DNA from: an uncultured Gammaproteobacteria bacterium
Lineage (GTDB): Bacteria; Patescibacteriota; Patescibacteriia; Magasanikbacterales; UBA922
NCBI GenBank assembly: GCA_964522435.1
Contig: CAZFUL010000001.1
Coordinates: 11,612-75,611, forward strand
Length of the DNA stretch: 64,000 bases
Direction: 5' to 3'
A model generated the notes under the pieces. The model saw nothing but the letters and a program-made list of their open reading frames with translations, made no database searches and was not told the origin of the DNA. The position numbers were made by a program, and so were the translations under genes. Positions 1 through 9,048 of the stretch are shown here, in pieces (the first letter of the stretch is position 1; every line of letters starts with the position of its first letter).

Positions 1-37
1 TGCCACCACGCTGCTTGATTCGTTCATCTATTTTAAT

Positions 38-346
38 ATGCACGCCTCTCATCCTGCTGCAAATTTTTCTGAACGGGCACGTTGGCTTGAGTCTTGTTCA
101 CTTTTGGCTGAACCAAAAGCCTTTGCAACTTGTTTAAAATATACGCCCTATGGTGACGTACAACGGTTTATTTTTTTCCGAGAGAGTGAACAAGATTTTT
201 ATCAAGTAATCCTCCATGAAGATGCTTATCCAAATGGTATTCGGGACAGGGTGATCCGTCTGCCTAAGGCATTGTTTGATATGCCATATTTTGATACAGT
301 ATATACAAATGATCGTTATATTGTGTTTGAACCGCAGGGCGTATGA
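38..346 (+). CDS. hypothetical protein, possibly 5'-truncated at the window edge
   Basis: ORF from the track. The reading frame stays open upstream to position 2, so the gene may start outside the window. No recognisable motif. Confidence 0.3.
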   Translation: MHASHPAANFSERARWLESCSLLAEPKAFATCLKYTPYGDVQRFIFFRESEQDFYQVILHEDAYPNGIRDRVIRLPKALFDMPYFDTVYTNDRYIVFEPQGV

Positions 347-1035
347 TAGCTGTACAATTATCTCAATTTTCTGGTCCTTTGGACATCTTGTTATCTCTTA
401 TCCAAGAAAAGAAAATTCATATTACCGAAATTTCTCTTTCTGAGGTAACCGAACAATATCTCCACTATGTGGAACAACTGGATGATTCACGAGCGCATGA
501 GCTTGCTGATTTTTTAACCGTCGCTTCTCAATTGCTGGTATTAAAGGCCAAGCGCTTATTGCCTGATTTTTTTCCAGATGAAGAAGAAAGTGGGCCGAGT
601 TTAGAAGAACAATTACGCTTATATAAACAATTTGTTGATGCAAGTAAAGATATTCAAAAACGCTGGCTCGCAGCCTATGGATCACACGGGCGTATTGAAC
701 CCCCACGTGCCTCGGAAACGTTTATCCCGCCAGGAAATGCAACAAAAGAGTCTTTGTATACCTTAATGCACCATATTATTGAGCGTCGTACACCACCAAA
801 AGCATTACCGAGTGTGCGAATTGATAAAACCGTTTCCATTAAAGAAAAAATTGCTTCTATTCAAGAAATACTCAAAAAAGTAGATAGATTATTTTTGCAT
901 GATATGTACCAAGGAACAGAAAATAAAACAGATATGATTATGGCTTTTTTAGCGGTTCTTGAATTAGTAAAACAAGAATCCGTTGCATTAAGCCAGTCAA
1001 ACATATTTGGAGATATACTTTTGACTCGTGTATAA
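343..1035 (+). CDS. scpA: segregation and condensation protein A (ScpA)
   Basis: N-terminal 'LSQFSGPLDILLSLIQEKKIHITEISLSEVTEQYL' is typical of ScpA. It sits immediately upstream of scpB, the conserved gene order. Confidence 0.85.
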   Translation: MIAVQLSQFSGPLDILLSLIQEKKIHITEISLSEVTEQYLHYVEQLDDSRAHELADFLTVASQLLVLKAKRLLPDFFPDEEESGPSLEEQLRLYKQFVDASKDIQKRWLAAYGSHGRIEPPRASETFIPPGNATKESLYTLMHHIIERRTPPKALPSVRIDKTVSIKEKIASIQEILKKVDRLFLHDMYQGTENKTDMIMAFLAVLELVKQESVALSQSNIFGDILLTRV

Positions 1036-1044
1036 TATATTGCT

Positions 1045-1590
1045 ATGAAGCATACAACGCAGATTGAAGCCATTTTGTTTGTTGCATCAAAACCGCTTTC
1101 TTATAAAAAAATAGCGGCTGGTTTAGGTATTGAAACAGCCCTGGTAGAAGAAAGTATTGAAGTGTTAAAAACACGGTATAATCACGAAGAATCTGGTATT
1201 CATATCCTCGAGAGTGATACGGGAATACAAATGGCGAGTAACCCTTTTGCAGAAGAGGGTATCCGTCAGTTTATGACCTTTGAAGTTCGTGAAGAGTTAA
1301 CCAAAGCACAATTAGAAACATTAACGGTTATTGCCTATCAAGGGCCTATTACCCGTCCGGAGATAGAGCAAATTCGTGGGGTAAATTGTTCTGTTATTTT
1401 GCGAACATTACTCATTCGAGACTTAATTGAACAGGAGGCACATACAGAAAAATTAGTTGATGTGTATACGCTTTCTGTAAACGCGCTCGCGCATTTAGGC
1501 ATTCAATCAGTCACAGAACTTCCTAACTATGAAGAGTTACATAAACATCCACATCTTAAAGAAGATGATCAATCACAAACAACAACATAA
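1045..1590 (+). CDS. scpB: segregation and condensation protein B (ScpB)
   Basis: 'IEAILFVASKPLSYKKIA...LETLTVIAYQGPITRPEIEQIRGV' are ScpB winged-helix repeats, and the gene is adjacent to scpA. Confidence 0.85.
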   Translation: MKHTTQIEAILFVASKPLSYKKIAAGLGIETALVEESIEVLKTRYNHEESGIHILESDTGIQMASNPFAEEGIRQFMTFEVREELTKAQLETLTVIAYQGPITRPEIEQIRGVNCSVILRTLLIRDLIEQEAHTEKLVDVYTLSVNALAHLGIQSVTELPNYEELHKHPHLKEDDQSQTTT

Positions 1591-1602
1591 AAAAAGCATA
1601 GC

Positions 1603-2652
1603 ATGGGAAATTTTTTAGAAATACAAAAAATAAAACGACCACAACAATTGAGCAAATTTTTGGGTGGCTTATTATTGTTAGTGAGTCTTGGTACTGGTAT
1701 TGCGGTATATAGTGTGGGGATCTATTTGTTTGATCAGCATAACATTACTATCAGTGGTCGGCTGATTCCATTTGATATTTCCGGACTTTCTTCTGTGCAA
1801 GCAGGGGATGTTATTATTGATCAGCCCCGTATCGAACCGCCTGCCTTACCCAAACAAGTAGGTGAGTTACCACCTCCAGAGAACTTTAGCGCGGTGAGTA
1901 TATTGGTTAAAGATAAAGAAACAGGAGCCGTGCTGTATCAAAAGAATCCATATGAACCTCGTTCTATTGCAAGTATCACCAAACTTATGAGTGCCTTGGT
2001 GGTCTTAGAAAAACAAGGGGATTGGTCTGCGACTACCACCGTAGTGACCGATGCCTTGGTTGATAGTCATATGGTTGGACAAGATATATATACTCGAGAT
2101 GAATTGTGGAATAGTGCGCTTATTGGTTCTTCGAATAAAGCAATTATGACTATTGCTGACAGTGTTGGATGGGAGAGAGAGGCCTTTGTTGCTCGTATGA
2201 ATGAACGGGCGGTAGAATTAGGCATGAGTGATACACATTTTGTAGAACCAACAGGGCTTGATGCCGGCAATATTTCCACGGCATCTGATATTAGTTTGTT
2301 GCTTGCCGAAGCCTTACGCCAGGATAGAATTGTGCAATCATTGCTTACTCCAGAATATACGCTGTATTCCACAGAAAAAAAATCAAACAGTCATATGTGG
2401 AATACAAATTGGTTATTGTTAGGTTGGGTACCACATAGCTTTCAACAAATCATTGGAGGAAAAACTGGATATATTGATGCCTCATTATATAATTTTACCG
2501 TACAGATTCTTAGTGACGAGGGCCAAGCACTTGAGGTCGTCGTTCTTGGTGCAAAAACGCATGAAGCCCGGTTTACTGAAGCACGAGACGTGGTGCAGGC
2601 TGTTGTTGATGCCTATATCTGGCCACATGAAGAAGACTATGCAAAAGAGTAA
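1603..2652 (+). CDS. D-alanyl-D-alanine carboxypeptidase (peptidase S11, PBP5-like)
   Basis: Has the SxxK motif 'SIASITKLMSALV', the SxN motif 'SSNKAI' and a KTG-like 'GKTGY'. The N-terminus has a transmembrane anchor. Confidence 0.8.
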   Translation: MGNFLEIQKIKRPQQLSKFLGGLLLLVSLGTGIAVYSVGIYLFDQHNITISGRLIPFDISGLSSVQAGDVIIDQPRIEPPALPKQVGELPPPENFSAVSILVKDKETGAVLYQKNPYEPRSIASITKLMSALVVLEKQGDWSATTTVVTDALVDSHMVGQDIYTRDELWNSALIGSSNKAIMTIADSVGWEREAFVARMNERAVELGMSDTHFVEPTGLDAGNISTASDISLLLAEALRQDRIVQSLLTPEYTLYSTEKKSNSHMWNTNWLLLGWVPHSFQQIIGGKTGYIDASLYNFTVQILSDEGQALEVVVLGAKTHEARFTEARDVVQAVVDAYIWPHEEDYAKE

Positions 2653-3226
2653 CCCTACCCCCCGGTATCGAGGAGTGTTAAAGATTTTTGCTGTTATTCT
2701 TGCAATTATTTTTGTATTTTGGATAAATACCTTCAATGTTGAAGGAACTCTTTTTGCACACTATGCAGAACGTCTTGGCTATGTAGGATTGTTTTTTGTT
2801 GCTGTGGTGAGTGGATTTAATGTGCTTCTTCCTGTTCCTGTGGCTGCATTGTATCCGTCCCTGCTTTCTCTGGGGTTTCATCCTTTTTGGACAATTGCGG
2901 TTATCTCATTGGGAATGGTGATCGGAGATGTTGTCGGATATTTTTTGGGATATATCGGAAGGGGAATGATGACTGATACAAAACAACGATCGTTAACCAT
3001 CATGCGCTATGTTGATACGCTTGCCAAGAAACATCGTTTTCTTCCTGTTATCGCATTATTTATTTTTGTGGCATTTGTGCCATTGCCAAACGAACTCATT
3101 GTCGTACCCTTAGGGTTTTTACGCGTGAGCTTTTGGAAAATTATTATCACGGTATTTTGTGGAAATATTCTTTTTAATACACTTATTGCCCTAGGATTTT
3201 TTCATATTCCAGGGTTATTTTTATAA
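2639..3226 (+). CDS. DedA/VTT-family-like membrane protein
   Basis: Multi-pass hydrophobic protein with '...LGMVIGDVVGYFLGYIGRG...'. The track ORF (2453) overlaps the dac gene, so I moved the start to the ATG at 2639, just before the upstream stop. Confidence 0.5.
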   Translation: MQKSNPTPRYRGVLKIFAVILAIIFVFWINTFNVEGTLFAHYAERLGYVGLFFVAVVSGFNVLLPVPVAALYPSLLSLGFHPFWTIAVISLGMVIGDVVGYFLGYIGRGMMTDTKQRSLTIMRYVDTLAKKHRFLPVIALFIFVAFVPLPNELIVVPLGFLRVSFWKIIITVFCGNILFNTLIALGFFHIPGLFL

Positions 3227-3232
3227 GCATCT

Positions 3233-3730
3233 ATGGATTATCTTCTTACCTCTATTTCGTCATTACCACCAGGAGTAGCAGTCTTTTTATTATCGATGTT
3301 GCCTATTGTAGAGTTACAGGCAGCTATCCCTATTGGTATTCATATTTATGAGCTTCCTGTGTTCCTCACTCTTATCTATGCGATATTAGGGAATATGGTA
3401 CCTATTGTTCCGTTATTATTGTTGTTGCCCTACATGCATGATTGGTTGCTGCGTCAGCCGTTTATTGGTGCCGTATTAAAAAATAGATTACAAGCTGCTG
3501 AACAAGTATTTTCTGGAAAGTATGCAAAATATGGTGCTATCGGGTTAATACTCTTTATTGCACTTCCCGGGCCCTTTACTGGCGCGTGGACTGCTTCTTT
3601 GGCGGCATTAATTTTTCGTATTCCATTTAAAAAAGCGTTTCCCTTAATCTTTATTGGGGTAACCTGTGCTGCGATAGTGGTATTACTTATTACGCTCTTT
3701 GCGGGAGAAACACTAGGCTGGCTTCTGTAA
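3233..3730 (+). CDS. small multi-pass membrane protein (COG2426-like small exporter family)
   Basis: 165 aa with four or more hydrophobic helices and 'LPGPFTGAWTASLAA'. The family assignment is tentative. Confidence 0.4.
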   Translation: MDYLLTSISSLPPGVAVFLLSMLPIVELQAAIPIGIHIYELPVFLTLIYAILGNMVPIVPLLLLLPYMHDWLLRQPFIGAVLKNRLQAAEQVFSGKYAKYGAIGLILFIALPGPFTGAWTASLAALIFRIPFKKAFPLIFIGVTCAAIVVLLITLFAGETLGWLL

Positions 3731-3743
3731 TGAATACTATACA

Positions 3744-3779
3744 TAAAAAAATCCATGATTGAGTATCATGGATTTTTTT
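3744..3779. terminator. bidirectional intrinsic terminator
   Basis: A-run, then hairpin 'atccatgat-tgagt-atcatggat', then a T-run, lying between convergent genes. Confidence 0.6.
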
Positions 3780-3785
3780 ATTGCT

Positions 3786-4547
3786 CTATGATCGGATACG
3801 CCATCCAATATGAAAAAGATATAAGGTAAGGCCCCCAAACATACAGATAAAGAAAAGCATGACAAATACGCCAAGCCATAAGGATGCTTCTGTCACTCCT
3901 GTCATTGCATAGCGCAGACCATTCACAAAATAAAAAAATGGATTCCAACGAACCACTGTTTGGACTGCGTCTGGTAGCATGGTAATCGAGTTAAACATGC
4001 CACCCAAAAAGGTAAATGGCGTAATCACAAAGGTATTCAATAGTGACAGTTGTTCAAAATTTTTCGCCCATAACGCAACCAAAAGTCCTAAAAATGCAAA
4101 CACCATCGAAACACCAATAAGATACAGCAAAAACCAGCCGAGATGTAAAATTTGTGCTGCATCAAACAAAATAGCAATGGCAAAAATTCCTGCTCCCACA
4201 ACCATCGCACGGATAACCCCGGCAAGCACATAGCCAAAAATCATTTCAATGTTTGAAATTGGCGCTACCAATATTTCTTCAATATGCTTGGTAAATCGTT
4301 GAAAATATAACGATGACGAGGTGTGTGAAAATGCCGAACTAATCACATTCATCATCACAATTCCAGGCAACACAAACATAATATAGGGGATGCCAGCAAT
4401 AGTATCTATTTGCGTTCCCACCACAAAGCCAAAAATAAAAATATACAACACGGCATTAATCCAAGGACTAATCAGTGTTTGTATTGCTACACGAGAGAAG
4501 CGTTGGACTTCGCGTGAAATAAAGGTGTACAAGGGAATGCCAATCAT
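3786..4547 (-). CDS. ABC-2 type transporter permease
   Basis: Six-TM protein directly downstream of, and co-oriented with, an ABC ATPase. The pattern is ABC-2 family. Confidence 0.7.
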   Translation of the reverse strand: MIGIPLYTFISREVQRFSRVAIQTLISPWINAVLYIFIFGFVVGTQIDTIAGIPYIMFVLPGIVMMNVISSAFSHTSSSLYFQRFTKHIEEILVAPISNIEMIFGYVLAGVIRAMVVGAGIFAIAILFDAAQILHLGWFLLYLIGVSMVFAFLGLLVALWAKNFEQLSLLNTFVITPFTFLGGMFNSITMLPDAVQTVVRWNPFFYFVNGLRYAMTGVTEASLWLGVFVMLFFICMFGGLTLYLFHIGWRIRS

Positions 4548-4552
4548 AAATA

Positions 4553-5308
4553 TTATTTTTTTGTGAGGCTTAAGTATTTTTTTTCTAAGCTACTGCCATC
4601 TGCGGTAAACGCACTCGTGGTATCAAGTGCAATCAATTTGCCCGCATCAATAATACCAATACGAGTACAGAGCATTTCTACTTCTTCTAAATAATGCGAG
4701 GTGAACAAAATTGTTTTGCCTTCGCTATTTATTTTTTTTAAATACTCCCATAATTCATGCCTGAGTTCTACATCCACCCCCGCAGTCGGTTCGTCTAAAA
4801 TAAGGAGGTCTGGGTTATGCATCATTGCGCGTGCCAATAATACTCGGCGTTTCATACCACCCGAGAGTTCACGGAATGATTTAGAGGTATGTTGTTTTAA
4901 ATCAAAAATATCAAGTAATTCTCGTATTCTTTTTTTGCGTTCGTCCCTCGTCATTCCGTAATACCCGCCCACATACCAAAGAATTTTTTCAATCGGTGCA
5001 AAAATATCTACATTAAATTCCTGGGGCGAGAGGCCAATTTTTTTTCGTGCTTGCTTGTATTCTTTCTTTACATCTAATCCAAACACCTCAATCGATCCAG
5101 TTGTAAACATGTTAATGCCCGTAATTGCATGAATGGTGGTTGTTTTGCCAGCCCCATTTTTGCCCAAAAAGCCAAAAAATTCCCCCGGCTCTATGGAGAG
5201 GTTCAACCCGTCTACGGCGGTAACACTGCCGTATTTTTTGGTAAAATCAGTAATAGCAAGCGCTGGAGTATTCATATATTTGTCAGTAAGGTGTGTATAG
5301 AGTAACAA
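4553..5308 (-). CDS. ABC transporter ATP-binding protein
   Basis: Walker A 'GKNGAGKTT', signature 'LSGGMKRRVLLA', Walker B 'LLILDEPT'. Confidence 0.9.
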   Translation of the reverse strand: MLLYTHLTDKYMNTPALAITDFTKKYGSVTAVDGLNLSIEPGEFFGFLGKNGAGKTTTIHAITGINMFTTGSIEVFGLDVKKEYKQARKKIGLSPQEFNVDIFAPIEKILWYVGGYYGMTRDERKKRIRELLDIFDLKQHTSKSFRELSGGMKRRVLLARAMMHNPDLLILDEPTAGVDVELRHELWEYLKKINSEGKTILFTSHYLEEVEMLCTRIGIIDAGKLIALDTTSAFTADGSSLEKKYLSLTKK

Positions 5309-5365
5309 AAAAAAACGATCTCGCCTAGTGTTTGAGATCCTGTTAAAAAAAGTTAACTGTTAATT

Positions 5366-5450
5366 GGGTGCCCAGAGAGAGAATCGAACTCTCACTCCCG
5401 AAGGAACACGATTTTGAGTCGTGCGCGTCTACCAATTCCGCCATCCGGGC
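5366..5450 (-). tRNA. tRNA-Leu (anticodon CAA)
   Basis: The reverse complement folds as a type-II tRNA. Acceptor stem is GCCCGGA/TCTGGGC, the anticodon loop is 'CTCAAAA' (anticodon CAA), there is a long variable arm and a T-loop 'GTTCGATTC'. The 3' CCA is not cleanly encoded. Confidence 0.8.
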
Positions 5451-5529
5451 ATATGCTATATAATAATTCGCATTGAACCTTTTGTCAATGTAGGGTATAC
5501 TAGCTCCATATCATATATGTATTATATAT

Positions 5530-6294
5530 ATGTCCCGTATTATTGCTGTCGTCAATCAAAAAGGTGGGGTGGGTAAAACCACGACTGCCGTAAATCTTGC
5601 CGCTGGATTATCAGAAATGGGAAAATTTGTGTTATTGGTGGATATGGATCCTCAAGGGAATGCAAGCAGCGGATTAGGTCTTACAAAAGAACAAGTGAGT
5701 CAAGGTATTTATGAAGCGTTGTCACGTCAACGTCGTCTTCATGATGTCGTACATAATACTGCCCATGAAGGATTACGAGTGATACCGAGTACCTCGGATC
5801 TCGCTGGAGCAAATGTTGAGTTAGTGACGGTAGAACATCGAGAACATCAATTACGTTTGCTTCTAGACGAAGCAAAGCATGCCTATGATTATATTATTAT
5901 TGATTGTCCACCATCGTTGGGATTATTAACTATTAATAGTTTAGTGGCTTCTGATGAAATTCTTATTCCCGTACAGGCAGAATATTATGCGCTCGAAGGG
6001 TTAGGGCAACTATTATCTACCATTGCCCTTATTCAAGAACATATTCGCCCAAACATGAGTATTTTGGGGGCGGTTATTACGATGTTTGATAAACGAACAC
6101 GCTTATCAGAAGATGTTATGCGCGAGTTATATCAATATTTTCCCAATAATATTTTCCGGGCCGTTATTCCAAGAACCGTGCGCTTAGCAGAAGCACCGAG
6201 TTTTGGTCAATCAATTTTTCATTACGAACCCAGAGGAAAAGCAAGCAAGGCCTATAGTCGTTTGGCAAAAGAAATTTTAGAAAAACATCAATAA
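5530..6294 (+). CDS. parA: chromosome partitioning ATPase ParA/Soj
   Basis: Deviant Walker A 'KGGVGKTTTAVNLAAGL'; followed by parB. Confidence 0.9.
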   Translation: MSRIIAVVNQKGGVGKTTTAVNLAAGLSEMGKFVLLVDMDPQGNASSGLGLTKEQVSQGIYEALSRQRRLHDVVHNTAHEGLRVIPSTSDLAGANVELVTVEHREHQLRLLLDEAKHAYDYIIIDCPPSLGLLTINSLVASDEILIPVQAEYYALEGLGQLLSTIALIQEHIRPNMSILGAVITMFDKRTRLSEDVMRELYQYFPNNIFRAVIPRTVRLAEAPSFGQSIFHYEPRGKASKAYSRLAKEILEKHQ

Positions 6295-6308
6295 TTATTT
6301 TATACTGT

Positions 6309-7172
6309 ATGGCGTTAGGAAAAGGATTACATTCACTTATTCCCCAAGATATATCGGGAAGAACAAGAATACGAAAAGAAACAACCCTTGCTGGTCAACA
6401 AATTGATCAAGTATGGCATATTCCTGTTTCTGAAATTGTGCCCAATCCTCATCAGCCAAGAAAACATTTTTCTCATCAAGAATTAGAAGATTTGGTTGCT
6501 TCTATTAAACAACATGGCGTCATGCAGCCACTGGTTGTGACAGAAAGACTCGATGGGGGATATGAGCTTATTGCAGGGGAACGACGTTTGCGTGCGAGTA
6601 CTATTGCAGGATTACCCACTGTCCCTGCTATTGTGCGTCAAGCAAGTGAACAAGATAAATTAGAATTAGCGTTAATAGAAAATATTCAACGACAAGATCT
6701 TAACCCCATGGAAGAGGCATTTTCGTATAAGCGCTTAGTGGATGAATTTGGGTTAACCCAGCAGGATGTTGCAACAAAAGTGGGTAAAAGTCGTTCACTT
6801 ATTGCTAACACGATTCGGTTGCTTGATCTGCCAACAGAAATTCAACAAGCCTTAATGCAAGGAGATATTAATACCGGGCAAGCGCGAGCGATTCTTAGTT
6901 TAAAAGAAGAAAAAGATCAATTATCTATATTTCGTGAGATGATGCAAAAAAGTGTCAGTGTTCGCGATGTTGAAAAAAGTGTTGCAGAAAAAGGGCAAGC
7001 CTCTCGAAAAGGATCTGTTCGACGGGATCCCAATGTTATGGCAAAAGAACAAGAGCTAGAAGAAAAATTTGGAGCTCCGGTACGCATTACCGAACGCGGG
7101 GAAAAAGGAATTATTACTATTTCATTTTTCTCTAAAGATGAGTTAAAACGATTATTACAGCTTCTTTCTTAA
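6309..7172 (+). CDS. parB: chromosome partitioning protein ParB/Spo0J
   Basis: ParB box 'LIAGERRLRAS', HTH 'QQDVATKVGKSRSLIANTIRLL'. Confidence 0.9.
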   Translation: MALGKGLHSLIPQDISGRTRIRKETTLAGQQIDQVWHIPVSEIVPNPHQPRKHFSHQELEDLVASIKQHGVMQPLVVTERLDGGYELIAGERRLRASTIAGLPTVPAIVRQASEQDKLELALIENIQRQDLNPMEEAFSYKRLVDEFGLTQQDVATKVGKSRSLIANTIRLLDLPTEIQQALMQGDINTGQARAILSLKEEKDQLSIFREMMQKSVSVRDVEKSVAEKGQASRKGSVRRDPNVMAKEQELEEKFGAPVRITERGEKGIITISFFSKDELKRLLQLLS

Positions 7173-7242
7173 TATCAGATTCATCGTCAGAAATAGGTCG
7201 CCTTCGTTTTTGCACAAGATATAGCAAAGGGAGGCGATTTTT

Positions 7243-8739
7243 TTATTTCGGCAACACAGATTTTAGCCAACCAGAAAGGTTTCGTTTGGTTTTTGTATAA
7301 TTTTTAATATGGTTTTTAGCAGTGTGGGTTTTGACAAACTCAAGCCAGTCTTCATTTGGGCCTTTTCTATTTTTATCGGTAATAATGTCTACGACATCAC
7401 CATTTTTTAATTCCGTATTTAAACTCACCATTTTATCGTTTACGACAGCACCGCTACATTTATTCCCAATCTCTGTATGAATGTGGTATGCAAAATCCAC
7501 TGCGGTGGCTTGTTCTGGTAGGTCAATAACATCTCCTTTGGGAGTAAATACAAAAATACGTGTTTGTAAAAAATCAATTTTTATTTCTTCTAAGTCAGAT
7601 AATTTATTGAGGACATCTTTTTGAATATCTGCTAATTCTTTTGCCCAAACGATTTCTCTTTTTGGACGATGCACTCCTTTTTCATCATAATACCAATGCG
7701 CAGCAATACCAAAATTTGCTTCTTCATCCATTTCTTTGGTACGGATTTGGAATTCAACGATCTGGCCATCGTCAGCAAATACGGTGGTGTGCAATGATCT
7801 ATAGCCATTCGGTTTTGGTTGCGAAATATAATCTTTAATACGACCTTGCATGGGTTTCCATAATTTATGCAAAATACCTAACGCCGCATAACAATCTGCA
7901 ATTGTTGGGACAATAATTCGGATAGCAATAAGATCGTATACTTTATTAATTTCGTTATTTTTTCTTTGTAATTTTTGATAGAAACTATAGAGGCGTTTAT
8001 TGCGTCCTAAAATTGTGGTAACGGGAATTCCAGCTTTTTCTAATTCTTGTTCTGCAAAAGATTGTAACTGTTGGTAATATTCTTCTTTTCCTTTAATTTT
8101 TTCATCACGCATTTGTTTAATACGTTGATATTCTTTTGGATAGACATATTGAAAGGAGAGATCTTCTAATTCTCCTTTGATTTCTTCCATACCTAAGCGT
8201 CCGGCAATAGGGGCATAAATTTCAAGACTCTCCAAGGCAATACGGTATGATTTTTGTGGGGGCAGAGCACCAAGCGTTTGCAGGTTATGAATACGATCAG
8301 CAAATTTAATAATCATGACCCGAACATCCTCTGCCATGGCAACAAACATTTTTCGAAGATTTTCTATATATCGTTCAACACCACGGTATTTTAATTTTCC
8401 TAATTTGGTAATTCCTCCAACTAACGAACCAATTTCTTGACCAAAATTTTGTTCTATTTCTTCCAGTGTTATTGCAGTGTCTTCGGGGACGTCATGCAGG
8501 AGTGTTGCGACGAGAATAACAGGATCAATGCGCATATCAGCAAGAATATAGGCTGCAGCCAGGGGGTGCACGATATACGGTTCTCCAGATTTTCTGAATT
8601 GTCCATCATGCGCTTTTTCTGCAAAGTCATACGCCAGTCGAATACTGTCGGTATCTGCTGTTGGCGCGTAGGTCATGACTTTTTCAATTAAGCCGTCAAT
8701 TGTTTGCTTTTTTTGTGCCATATATTCATTATATACCAC
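7243..8739 (-). CDS. rel: bifunctional (p)ppGpp synthetase/hydrolase, RelA/SpoT family, short form
   Basis: HD hydrolase motif 'HDVPEDT', synthetase motif 'YISQPKPNGYRSLHTTV', TGS-like 'RIFVFTPKGDVIDLP'. At 498 aa it ends after the TGS domain, with no ACT/RRM region. An alternative start is the Met 6 codons in. Confidence 0.85.
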   Translation of the reverse strand: MVYNEYMAQKKQTIDGLIEKVMTYAPTADTDSIRLAYDFAEKAHDGQFRKSGEPYIVHPLAAAYILADMRIDPVILVATLLHDVPEDTAITLEEIEQNFGQEIGSLVGGITKLGKLKYRGVERYIENLRKMFVAMAEDVRVMIIKFADRIHNLQTLGALPPQKSYRIALESLEIYAPIAGRLGMEEIKGELEDLSFQYVYPKEYQRIKQMRDEKIKGKEEYYQQLQSFAEQELEKAGIPVTTILGRNKRLYSFYQKLQRKNNEINKVYDLIAIRIIVPTIADCYAALGILHKLWKPMQGRIKDYISQPKPNGYRSLHTTVFADDGQIVEFQIRTKEMDEEANFGIAAHWYYDEKGVHRPKREIVWAKELADIQKDVLNKLSDLEEIKIDFLQTRIFVFTPKGDVIDLPEQATAVDFAYHIHTEIGNKCSGAVVNDKMVSLNTELKNGDVVDIITDKNRKGPNEDWLEFVKTHTAKNHIKNYTKTKRNLSGWLKSVLPK

Positions 8740-8795
8740 AAATATGGCCTTTTTGCAAATAAAAAGGTGATTTTTTTAGCTAAAATAAGCCATTC

Positions 8796-8824
8796 TTGAC
8801 AAAACCCCTAAAATGTGATATAGT
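8796..8824 (+). promoter_or_regulatory. consensus sigma70-like promoter (TTGACA-N17-TATAGT)
   Basis: 'ttgaca aaacccctaaaatgtga tatagt' read directly from the sequence, in the rel/topA intergenic region on the strand opposite to both genes. Confidence 0.45.
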
Positions 8825-8830
8825 ATGTTC

Positions 8831-8899
8831 GTGATACAAAGGTACAACACCTTAGTGCTAAAAGACAAACCCCACTGTAACAAGTGGGGTTTATCTTTT
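8831..8899 (+). ncRNA. candidate small RNA
   Basis: Starts about 7 nt after the -10 box and ends at hairpin 'ccccactgtaacaagtgggg' followed by 'tttatctttt'. No plausible ORF. A further structured stretch runs to 9049 with a long-range stem 'gtaacgag...ctcgttac' and a terminal hairpin 'catccgacatattgtcggatg'+T-run. Confidence 0.35.
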
Positions 8900-9048
8900 C
8901 TCATGAGGCCTACCATACTTGCGAAAATGCTGTCTATTTGATATAGTTACTCTTGTAACGAGCCTTGGGGACCTTTGTATCACCATAGGCAATGAGGGAA
9001 CCCCTCCTCGTTACATCAAAACATCCGACATATTGTCGGATGTTTTGT

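Noticed and set aside
2453-2638. 5' extensions of track ORFs that overlap upstream genes (2453 vs 2639; 43080 vs 43116; 50412 vs 50457; 51496 vs 51571; 57227 vs 57299; 22688 vs 22832; 23887 vs 23914).
   Set aside because: In each case a downstream ATG with a better SD and/or no overlap gives a protein beginning at the conserved N-terminus. The upstream extension is read-through of intergenic or neighbouring coding sequence.
5455-7250. A parS site (tGTTTCACGTGAAACa-like) near parAB.
   Set aside because: I found no 16-bp match by eye in or around parA or parB within this window. The site may lie elsewhere.
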